Source: Trueperaceae bacterium (GTDB lineage Bacteria; Deinococcota; Deinococci; Deinococcales; Trueperaceae). Taken from it: a DNA stretch of 64,000 nucleotides. The translations under genes were made by a program, and so were the position numbers. Location of the stretch: contig JAABTL010000004.1 of NCBI GenBank assembly GCA_011389865.1, forward strand, positions 51,854 through 115,853, given 5' to 3'. The notes under the pieces are model-generated. The model had not been told where the DNA came from. It was given only the letters and a program-made list of their open reading frames with translations, and did no database searches. Shown here in pieces: positions 44,365 to 52,165 of the stretch. The number at the start of each line of letters is the position of its first letter. The stretch's first letter is position 1.

Positions 44365-45882
44365 TCATCGGCGTGGCCGCCGCGCGATCCCCAGCCCGAG
44401 TAGCGAGAGGCCGGCCAGGGCCCACGGCACCCGCTCCGCGTGCCGGGCGTAGAGGGTGACGGCGTCGCTGGTGCCGAAGCGCGCCGGCAGGGTCGCGGCG
44501 ACCATGCGATCGAGCTCGGCGACCACGCGGCCGTAGGGGTCGACCACGGCGGTGATGCCGTCGTTGCCGGCGCGCAGGAGCCAGCGGCGGGTCTCGATCG
44601 CGCGCATGCGGCCCATGTCGAGGTGCTGGCGGGCGCCGTCGCCGCGGGCGAACCACGCGTCGTTGGTGATGACGACCAGCACCTCGGCGCCGTCGCGGGC
44701 CATCGCCGCGGTGATCTTCGGGAACACGGACTCGTAGCAGATGCCGACGCCGAGCACGCCGGCGCCGCTCAAGAGCGGCGCCGGCCCGTCGCCGGGGACG
44801 GTGTTGGCGAGCAGCGGCAGTCCCAGCAGCCCGAAGACCCAGCGGTAGGCCCCCTCCGCCACCTCGATGAGCGGCCAGCGCTCGCCGAAGGGCACGAGGA
44901 CGTGCTTGTCGTAACGCCCCAACGGCTGGGCGCCGGAGATGGAGAAGGCGGCGTTGCTGCTGCCGCCGGGCAGCCGCGCGCGGCCGCCGACCAGGAACGC
45001 GCTGTCGGGCGCGCTCGCCTGGATCGCCTCGCGGGTGGGCGCGCCGCGGGCCCCCTCGAGCTCGAAGCCGATCACCGCGCCCTCGGGCCACACGACGAGG
45101 TCGGGCGGCGACGCCATGCGGGCGACGCCGAGGCGGGTGAGTTCGAGATGGGTCTCGAGCTCCTGCGCCTGGCTGGTCGCGCGGCCGAACGGGTCGACGT
45201 TGCCCTGCACGAGCAGGGCGCCGTGGTCGGTCGGCAGCTCGTGGCGGCCGAAGGAGGCGCCGCCCGCCAGCCACCCCACGCCGAGCAGGGCGAGCGCGAC
45301 CGCGGGCGCGACCACGGTGCGCCGCGGTCGCCCACTGCGGCGCCGCGACGGGCTGGGCACCCAGGGCGCGGCGAGCAGCGCCGCGACGGTGGTGGTGAGC
45401 AGGCTCAGCCCCTGGACGCCGACGGCGTCGGCCAACTGGCCGACCGGTGCGTCCACCCAGGCGTAGCCCAGCGTGCCCCAGGGGAAGGCGAAGTAGCCGC
45501 TGGCGCGCACGACCTCGACCAGGACCCACAGGGGCGCGAGCACCCACAGCGTGCCGGTCCCGCGCCCGCCGAGCCAGCGGGCAGCGGCCGTGGTGAGCCC
45601 CCACGTCGCGGCCAGGATGGCGAGCAGCAGCGGGTGCAGCGCCCAGAACCAGGGCCCGAGCAGGCCCGGCTCGGCGAAGCTCAGCGGCAGCCACGCGACG
45701 TAGATCGTGAAGAAGCCGAGCGCGAAGGCCGCCCCCACCCAGAACGCCTCGCGGACCGACGGCGCCCGGGCCGTGAGCGCGAACGGGACCGCCAGCGCGG
45801 CCAACAGAGGCCACCACCCGGCCGGCGGCAGCGCGGTGGCGAGCAGCAGGCCGGCCGTGGCCGCCAGCAGCGACGCGATCAC
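44365..45882 (-). CDS. lnt: apolipoprotein N-acyltransferase
   Basis: N-terminal polytopic domain plus a CN-hydrolase domain (VVWPEGAV, ICYESVFP, ITNDAWF). Confidence 0.9.
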   Translation of the reverse strand: MIASLLAATAGLLLATALPPAGWWPLLAALAVPFALTARAPSVREAFWVGAAFALGFFTIYVAWLPLSFAEPGLLGPWFWALHPLLLAILAATWGLTTAAARWLGGRGTGTLWVLAPLWVLVEVVRASGYFAFPWGTLGYAWVDAPVGQLADAVGVQGLSLLTTTVAALLAAPWVPSPSRRRSGRPRRTVVAPAVALALLGVGWLAGGASFGRHELPTDHGALLVQGNVDPFGRATSQAQELETHLELTRLGVARMASPPDLVVWPEGAVIGFELEGARGAPTREAIQASAPDSAFLVGGRARLPGGSSNAAFSISGAQPLGRYDKHVLVPFGERWPLIEVAEGAYRWVFGLLGLPLLANTVPGDGPAPLLSGAGVLGVGICYESVFPKITAAMARDGAEVLVVITNDAWFARGDGARQHLDMGRMRAIETRRWLLRAGNDGITAVVDPYGRVVAELDRMVAATLPARFGTSDAVTLYARHAERVPWALAGLSLLGLGIARRPRR

Positions 45883-47033
45883 GCCGGCGCCAGGCCGCCC
45901 AGCAGCGCCGCCAACAGCGCGATACGCGTCAGCGTGTCGCCGATGCGGACGTGTTCGTCCCTCGCGTGTGCGCCCGCGCCGCAGGCGCCGACGCCGTCGA
46001 GCGTCGGGACACCCAGGGCGGACGTGAAGTTGCCGTCGGAGCCGCCGCCGACGACCGCCGACTCCAGCTGCAGGCCCCAGCCAGCGGCGATGCGGCGGGC
46101 CTCGTCGAACGCCGCCAGGTTGCCCGCGGTCGGTTCCATCGGGGGCCGGTTGAGGCCGCCGTGGACGGCGACCGTCACCCGCGGGTCACGTGGCTGCCAG
46201 CCGCGCAGGGCGCCGTCGATGCGCTCGGCCTCGTCCTTGCGCAGGACGCGCACGTCGACATCGAGGCGGGCGTGTTCGGTGATCACGTTGACCGCGTTGC
46301 CCGCCCGCGCGACCGTCGGGTGCGCCGTGGTGCCGGCGACGCGGTCGTCGAGCGTGCGCACGAACAGCGCCATGTGCGCCAGTTCGATCAGGGCGCTGGC
46401 GCCGTCGTCCGGGTGGTTGCCGGCGTGGGCCGGGACGCCGGTGAACTCGAGGTGGTAGTCCGCCACCCCCTTGCGCCCGACCTTGAGCGCGCCGTCGTCG
46501 CGGGCGCCCTCGACCACCAGCACCCGATCGTGGCGTCGCGCCTCGGCCTCGATGCGCTCGCGGCTGGCCGCGGAGCCCACCTCCTCGTCGGAGGTGATCA
46601 GCAGGGTGACGGGGCCGGGCGGGGTGACGCCGAGCTCGCGCAGCCAGCGGGCCGCGAGCAGCGTGCCGGCGATCCCGGCCTTCATGTCGACGCTGCCTGG
46701 TCCGTAGGCCCGGTCCTCGGCCTCGTCGACCCGCCACGGCATCTCGCTCAGGGTGCCGAGGGGCCAGACGGTGTCGTAGTGCGCGAGGACGAGGGTGGCG
46801 GGGCCGTCGCCGGTGCCGGGCAGCGTGGCGGCGAGGACGTCGCCGACGCCGCTCCTCGGGTCGCGTTCGACGTGCCAGCCGTCGGCAGCGAGCGTCTCGA
46901 CGAGCAGGTCGGCCATGCGCTGGCAGGCCGCCGCGTCGCGGGTGGGCGACTCGACCTCGACGAGGCGCCGCAGCAGGTCGAGGAAGACCTTTCGGCGTTC
47001 GAGGGAGAGGGGGAGGAGGCGATGGAGCGGCAT
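45879..47033 (-). CDS. M20-family metallopeptidase (carboxypeptidase G2/ArgE-like)
   Basis: VLAHYDTVWP, GPGSVDMKAG, LITSDEEVGS, GGSDGNF. Start trimmed to MPLHRLL (ATG 47033) with TACACT 6 nt upstream. Confidence 0.85.
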   Translation of the reverse strand: MPLHRLLPLSLERRKVFLDLLRRLVEVESPTRDAAACQRMADLLVETLAADGWHVERDPRSGVGDVLAATLPGTGDGPATLVLAHYDTVWPLGTLSEMPWRVDEAEDRAYGPGSVDMKAGIAGTLLAARWLRELGVTPPGPVTLLITSDEEVGSAASRERIEAEARRHDRVLVVEGARDDGALKVGRKGVADYHLEFTGVPAHAGNHPDDGASALIELAHMALFVRTLDDRVAGTTAHPTVARAGNAVNVITEHARLDVDVRVLRKDEAERIDGALRGWQPRDPRVTVAVHGGLNRPPMEPTAGNLAAFDEARRIAAGWGLQLESAVVGGGSDGNFTSALGVPTLDGVGACGAGAHARDEHVRIGDTLTRIALLAALLGGLAPA

Positions 47034-47052
47034 GGCGTCAGTGTAGGCCTCT

Positions 47053-47511
47053 TCAGCGCCGCTCGCCGCCGGCGCCCTTACCGCCGCGGCGCTTGCCGCG
47101 CCCGCTACGCCCGCGTCCCTCGCGCTGGCCCTGGCCCTCGCCGCCGTCGCGCGGCTTGCGGTCGCGGCGGGCCGCCGTCGCGGCACGTGCCGGTGCGCGA
47201 TGCCGCCCGCTGGCCACGGCCTCGGCCCACAGGCGTTCGGCGATCGCGCGGACGTTCGGCTCGGCGGTGGTGCGGGCGTAGGCGTACCCCAGGCGCAGGT
47301 CGGCCGCGGCCTCTTCGGCGTCGGGGTCGAGCTGGTGGCGCGACAGGTAGACCTGCGCGAGCAGGACGTCGCGCATCCGCTGCGGGCGCACGGCCTGCAG
47401 CTCCCGCAGCGCCTCCTCGAAGGCGACGCCCGCGCCCCGCGTGTCGCCCCGCTCCGCGAGCGACTTCCCGCGGCGGTAGTGTTTGGCGGCCTCGTACAGC
47501 AGTTCGCGCAT
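47053..47511 (-). CDS. hypothetical helical protein with an Arg/Gly-rich C-terminal tail
   Basis: 152 aa: MRELLYEAAKHYRRGKSLAERGD... then ...RKPRDGGEGQGQREGRGRSGRGKRRGGKGAGGERR. Leaderless TAGCAT box. Confidence 0.55.
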   Translation of the reverse strand: MRELLYEAAKHYRRGKSLAERGDTRGAGVAFEEALRELQAVRPQRMRDVLLAQVYLSRHQLDPDAEEAAADLRLGYAYARTTAEPNVRAIAERLWAEAVASGRHRAPARAATAARRDRKPRDGGEGQGQREGRGRSGRGKRRGGKGAGGERR

Positions 47512-47519
47512 GCGCCCCG

Positions 47520-47525
47520 ATGCTA
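47520..47525 (-). promoter_or_regulatory. -10 box TAGCAT for the RG-tail protein gene (leaderless); overlaps the stop codon of the upstream transporter gene
   Basis: Minus-strand TAGCAT, then 8 nt, then ATG 47511. The TAG is the stop of the 47523..48896 CDS. Confidence 0.5.
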
Positions 47526-48896
47526 CCCCGCGAGCGGCGCCTTGCCCGCCGCGGCCGACAACGCCGCCTGCGCCGCCGCGTGCCGCTCGCGGGTGATCGG
47601 GTAGGTCCACACCCAGGCGGCGGCGATCAGGAAGATCCCGGCGGCCACCGGGCCGGTCATGAGGCGGATGCCGGCGACCGTCTCCGGGGCCTGCAGGGCC
47701 GAGCCCTGCACGTAGCCGAACCAGGCCGCCGCGAGCGCGTTGGCGAACACGCCGAGCGAGCCCGCGGCCTTCTGGCCGAAGGTGAACAGGGCGTACAGCA
47801 GCCCCTCGCGCCGCTCGCCGTGGGCCAGCGCGTCGAACTCGACGACGTCCGGCAGCATCGCCCACGGCAGCATCATCACGGCGGCCAGGCCGACGCCGGC
47901 GAGCGCCGTCAGCGTCAGCAGCAGTGGGCTCACGGCGCCGGGCGGGGTCACGCTCACCAGCGTCAGCGTGGCGCCGGCGAGCAGCAGCAGGCCCAGCGTC
48001 AGCGCGCCGCGCTTGCCGAGCCGGGCGCTGAGCATGCCCCATAGCGGGAAGCTGAGGACCGCGACGCCGAACAGCGTCCCGAGCACCAGCGTCTGGGCCT
48101 CGCCCGGCAGCTCCAGCGCCGACTCGAGGAAGAACGGCAGCATCGAGTTGAGCGTCATGATGCCGAGCGTCACCAGCAGGAACAGCGTCCACACCGACGC
48201 GTAGCCGGGGGCGCGGAAGGCGGTCCACCAGGGCGCGTGGACGACGGGCCCGGCGGGCTTCGGTGGCCGCACGGGCTCGCGCACCACGGTGGCCGTCGTC
48301 AGGTAGGCGAGCGCCGCGACCACGCCGAAGACCACCCCGAGGACGCGCCACCCCGCGGGTCCGGCGGCCGCCAGGTCGCCGCCGCCGACGACGGCCAGCA
48401 CCACCATCGGCGGGGCCGCGACCGCGAGCATCGAGGCGACGACGCCGAAGCCGATGCGCCAGCTGGTCAGGGCCGTGCGCTCGTCGTAGTCGGGGGCGAG
48501 CTCGGGCGTCAGCGCCATCGTCGGCACCTGCACCACGGTGTAGGCGATGCCGAAGAGGACGAAGGTGACCAGGGCGTACGCGACGGCGCCGCCGGGGCCC
48601 AGGTCGGGCGCCCACCACACGGCGGCGAAGGCGGCGCCGAGCGGGAAGGCGCCCCAGCGCAGGAACGGCAGTCGGCCGACGCGGTCGCGCCAGCGGTCGC
48701 CGAGCACGCCCATGATCGGGTCGGTGAACGCGTCGACCAGGCGGCCGGCGACGAAGACGGCGCCCGCCCACAGGGGTGGGACGCCGGCGACGTTCACCAG
48801 CGCGTACAGCAGCCAGGTGTTGATCGCCACGAAGGTCAGCGACGCCCCGAGGTCGGAGGCTCCGTACGCGATCCGTTGCGCCAGCGGCAGCTTCAT
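47523..48896 (-). CDS. MFS transporter, glycoside-pentoside-hexuronide (GPH/MFS_2)-like
   Basis: MKLPLAQRIAYGASDLGASLTFVAINTWLLYALVNVAGV...AGRLVDAFTDPIMGVLGDR. About 12 TM helices. Confidence 0.85.
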   Translation of the reverse strand: MKLPLAQRIAYGASDLGASLTFVAINTWLLYALVNVAGVPPLWAGAVFVAGRLVDAFTDPIMGVLGDRWRDRVGRLPFLRWGAFPLGAAFAAVWWAPDLGPGGAVAYALVTFVLFGIAYTVVQVPTMALTPELAPDYDERTALTSWRIGFGVVASMLAVAAPPMVVLAVVGGGDLAAAGPAGWRVLGVVFGVVAALAYLTTATVVREPVRPPKPAGPVVHAPWWTAFRAPGYASVWTLFLLVTLGIMTLNSMLPFFLESALELPGEAQTLVLGTLFGVAVLSFPLWGMLSARLGKRGALTLGLLLLAGATLTLVSVTPPGAVSPLLLTLTALAGVGLAAVMMLPWAMLPDVVEFDALAHGERREGLLYALFTFGQKAAGSLGVFANALAAAWFGYVQGSALQAPETVAGIRLMTGPVAAGIFLIAAAWVWTYPITRERHAAAQAALSAAAGKAPLAG

Positions 48897-49600
48897 GCGG
48901 TCCCTCCTGGGGGCGCGGCGGCGGCGCGGGCGTAGAGCGCCACGCCCACGGCCACCGCCAGGTTGTGCGACTCGAGCGCCGGGTCCTGCGGGATGGTGAC
49001 CGCGACGGCCCCGGCGAGCACCTCGGGCGGCAGCCCGCCGCCCTCGGGCCCGAAGGTCCAGGCCGCCAGCGGCGGCGCCGCCAGCGCCGTGAGCGGCGTG
49101 GGCGCGCCGGTCGCGGGCGGCACCAGCGCCACCACCGCGTGCGCCGCGTGATCGGAGCGGTACGCGCGCCAGTGCGGCCAGGCGCGGGCCCGCAACGCGA
49201 AGCGCGCCCCCTGGGAGGCGCGCAGCACGTGCGGTGACCAGGGATCGACGCGCGCATCGATGAGGGCGACGTCGCGCACCCCGAACCCGAGCGCCGCGCG
49301 CATGGCGGCGCCGACGTTGCCCGCCTGGGCCGGACGCACGAGCACCAGGTGGTCGAGGTCGGTGCGCAGGGCGTCGTCGTCGGTTTCCAGCTCCGTGACC
49401 AGCCAGGCGGCGCCGTGCCGCCGCAGGTCGCGCACGCGGACCGCGTCCTCGACCAGGGGCACGCCCGCGGCGACCGCGGCTTCGGTGATCGCCGCCCGCT
49501 CCCGCCGCGGGAGGCGGGGGTGGCAGACGACCCGGCGGACCGCCCGCGGGCGATGCCGCAGGGCCTCCAACGCCGGCCACAGGCCGACGGCGTGGGTCAC
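48893..49600 (-). CDS. TrmH/SpoU-family RNA 2'-O-methyltransferase
   Basis: LVLVRPAQAGNVGAAMRAALGFG, AWTFGPEGGGLP, IPQDPALESHNLAVAVGVALY (SPOUT knot motifs). GTG 49600 in a GTGA overlap. Confidence 0.8.
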   Translation of the reverse strand: MTHAVGLWPALEALRHRPRAVRRVVCHPRLPRRERAAITEAAVAAGVPLVEDAVRVRDLRRHGAAWLVTELETDDDALRTDLDHLVLVRPAQAGNVGAAMRAALGFGVRDVALIDARVDPWSPHVLRASQGARFALRARAWPHWRAYRSDHAAHAVVALVPPATGAPTPLTALAAPPLAAWTFGPEGGGLPPEVLAGAVAVTIPQDPALESHNLAVAVGVALYARAAAAPPGGTA

Positions 49601-50628
49601 GTGGGGTCGACCTCGTCGTCCGCGGCGAACGCGAAGGGCGCCCGCATGCCCGCCTCCGCGGCCTCCCGCGCCTCGGCCGGCGCCCACCCGAGGGCCAGCA
49701 CGCCGCGGTAGGCCTGCAGCGCGCGGTCACGCCTGCCGGCGACGTCGCGCAGCTGGCCGAGGCGCGCCAGCAGCAGCCCCGGCAACGGGTACGGTTCGCG
49801 GAAGTCGCCGGTGGCGGCGGCCTCGAGCACCTCCAGCGCCTCCGCGACGTGGTCGTGGGCGAGCAGCAGCTGGGCCTCCAGGAAGCGTGCCTCCGCGAGG
49901 TCGAGCTCGCGCAGCCGGCCGAGCAAGCCGGCGACGTCGGCCGCCTCGCCGCGCCAGGCGACGTCGAGCAGCGAGCGCAGACGGGCGTCGTCCGACACCG
50001 GCGGCGAGGCCGCCGGCGACCACGCGATGCCCGCCGCGTCGAGCTCGGTGGTGAGCGCCGGCCACAGATCGGCCTCCACCAGGACGGCGCCGCGGGTGGC
50101 GCCCAGCGCGTCCAGATCGGCGACGATGCGCTCGCGGGCGACGCGCGCGCGACGCAGCCGCCAGCCGGTGCCCGGCCCGTCGCCGAACGCCTCGAGGCGC
50201 AGCCGCAGGTCGGCGGCCAGCGGCGGCAGCACCTCGCCCACGATGCGGTGGAGGTCGAGGGCCTGGGGCAGCAGCTCGTTCAGCGGCCGCAGCGCGGCGC
50301 GGGCCGCGTCGAGCGGTGCGCGCGCCTGCGGGTACGCCGCCAGGTAGCGCTCGAAGTCGGCGGCTTCCTCGGCGCCGGGCGCGCCGACGCCGCGCAGCGG
50401 GGTGCCGCGCCGCGCCGCCCACGGCGCCACCGTCCACGGCAGCGCGATCTCGTCGCCGTCGCGCCAGCTCGGCTCGCGCTCGAAGTCGGGCGGCAGGGCG
50501 GTCGTCCACAGCACCTCGGGCGCCAGCGCCTCCAGCGCGTCGCGCGCCGTCACGACGTTCCAGCGCGGGTGCCGGAGGTGCCACGGACCCATCAGCGGGA
50601 GCAGCGTCAGGCTGGCGGTAGTGTCCAC
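49597..50628 (-). CDS. hypothetical protein with a TPR-like C-terminus
   Basis: ORF 49597..50832 trimmed to GTG 50628 (TACGAT -10 6 nt upstream). No family recognised. Confidence 0.55.
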   Translation of the reverse strand: MDTTASLTLLPLMGPWHLRHPRWNVVTARDALEALAPEVLWTTALPPDFEREPSWRDGDEIALPWTVAPWAARRGTPLRGVGAPGAEEAADFERYLAAYPQARAPLDAARAALRPLNELLPQALDLHRIVGEVLPPLAADLRLRLEAFGDGPGTGWRLRRARVARERIVADLDALGATRGAVLVEADLWPALTTELDAAGIAWSPAASPPVSDDARLRSLLDVAWRGEAADVAGLLGRLRELDLAEARFLEAQLLLAHDHVAEALEVLEAAATGDFREPYPLPGLLLARLGQLRDVAGRRDRALQAYRGVLALGWAPAEAREAAEAGMRAPFAFAADDEVDPT

Positions 50629-50634
50629 CACGCC

Positions 50635-50640
50635 ATCGTA
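50635..50640 (-). promoter_or_regulatory. -10 box TACGAT (leaderless) for the 49597..50628 operon
   Basis: Minus-strand TACGAT, then 6 nt, then GTG 50628. Confidence 0.5.
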
Positions 50641-50707
50641 CGCGCCGGCGGCGGCGCTCGCGGGTCGCCGCCGGGACCGGGCGGGGGGGTCGGGCGGCGA
50701 GGACGGG

Positions 50708-50713
50708 TACCAT
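50708..50713 (+). promoter_or_regulatory. -10 box TACCAT (leaderless) for the 50720 gene
   Basis: TACCAT, then 6 nt, then ATG 50720. Confidence 0.55.
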
Positions 50714-50719
50714 GGCGGC

Positions 50720-52165
50720 ATGCGCGAACCCGGACGGATGGCATGGCAGGTCGAAGCGACGTGGTGGGCGGGCCTGCTCGCATGGTTGGCGGTGACGGCG
50801 GCGACGCTGCTCGCGGTCTCGGCCCTCGCCACCGCGCCGCGCGTGGGAGTGGAGCTGCAGGCACTGCTGCTCGATGCCGCGTTCGCGGCCGGCGAGGTCA
50901 GCGTCCCGGCGGCGGCACCGGCCGAGGCCGCCTACGAGGGGAGCGGCCCGTTCGAGCTGTGGCCCGGCACGGGGGTGACCGTCGCCGAGGAGGAGCTGGC
51001 GAACCTGTCGGCCGCCGAGGCGCGTGCGCGGCTGGCGAACGCCTTCGCCGACCGCCGCCTGGCCGACGGCGCCGGCTGGACCGCGTCGCTCGCCGACCCG
51101 GGCCTGGCGGCCGACCTCGACATGCTCGAGAGGGCCGTGCTGCACCCGCTGGCGGAGGCGGAGCTCGGCCGGGCGCTGCTCAGGCTCGGGCTCGACAACG
51201 GCACGCGCTTGGCCGACTGGCCGACGCAGGCGGCCAACGCCCCGGGCGAGCCCGTGCAGCCGATCGTCGGCGTGTTCGTCAGGTTGCCGGTGGAGTTGGT
51301 CCAGGGCGCGGACCCGCGGCGCATCGGTGAACGCGTGGTGGCCGGCCTGGCGACCCTGCTGGCCGAGGGGGGCGCCGAGGCCGCGCGTGCCGCCATGGCC
51401 AACGCCCAACTGCTGGCGGCGCTCGAGGCCGCCCTGGCCGGGCCCGTGTGGCAGGCCTGGCGGGCGGCGTTCTCGGCGGCCTGGGTGCCACGCGACGACG
51501 CGCTGGAGCGGCGCCTGACGGAGGCACAGGACGTCCTGGCGGGCGTCGGCGTCGAGGAGGACCCGCTGGCCGACGCCTGGATCGGCGCCGACCTCGAGGG
51601 CGCGAGCCCCGAGGAGGCGCGCGAACGGACGCTCGCCGCCCTGGCGGAGCGTGCCTACCGCGGCGGCAGCGACACGCTCCAGGGCGTGCTCGCGACGCCC
51701 GAGGCGAGGGCCCGGACGGCGGCGGCGGCACCGTGGATCGATGCCATCGGCGCGCGGGCCCATCAGCGCTACACGCTGTGGGCATGGGTGAGCGGCGTCG
51801 TGGCGCTGCTGCTGCTGGCGATCGTCGCCCTGCTGCAGCAGGGGCGCTGGCGGGTGCTGGCGCCGGGCGTGCTGCTGTTGGCCGCCGGCGGCCCGTGGTT
51901 GTGGCTGTGGTGGAGTTGGTCGGCGCGCGCGGACGGCGTCGCCGCGGCCGCTGAGGCCATCCCGGCGAGCGCGGTCGCACTCGGCCTGCCGGCGGCCGCC
52001 CGCGCCTGGTCGGCGCACCTGCTCGCGGCCTCCGCCGACGTCGCCGCCGGCGCGGTCGTGTGGCCGCCGGCCGCGGTCGCCGGCGCCGGGGCCGCGCTGC
52101 TGGCGCTGACCCTGCTAGCGGCCCTGGGTGCGTGGCTCAGGCCCCCGAAGCGTGGCCGCTTCTGA
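50720..52165 (+). CDS. hypothetical membrane protein (N-terminal TM, roughly 380-aa Ala/Leu-rich extracytoplasmic domain, 3 C-terminal TMs)
   Basis: ORF 50402..52165 trimmed to MREPGRMAWQVEATWWAGLLAWLAVTAATLL. Confidence 0.55.
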   Translation: MREPGRMAWQVEATWWAGLLAWLAVTAATLLAVSALATAPRVGVELQALLLDAAFAAGEVSVPAAAPAEAAYEGSGPFELWPGTGVTVAEEELANLSAAEARARLANAFADRRLADGAGWTASLADPGLAADLDMLERAVLHPLAEAELGRALLRLGLDNGTRLADWPTQAANAPGEPVQPIVGVFVRLPVELVQGADPRRIGERVVAGLATLLAEGGAEAARAAMANAQLLAALEAALAGPVWQAWRAAFSAAWVPRDDALERRLTEAQDVLAGVGVEEDPLADAWIGADLEGASPEEARERTLAALAERAYRGGSDTLQGVLATPEARARTAAAAPWIDAIGARAHQRYTLWAWVSGVVALLLLAIVALLQQGRWRVLAPGVLLLAAGGPWLWLWWSWSARADGVAAAAEAIPASAVALGLPAAARAWSAHLLAASADVAAGAVVWPPAAVAGAGAALLALTLLAALGAWLRPPKRGRF

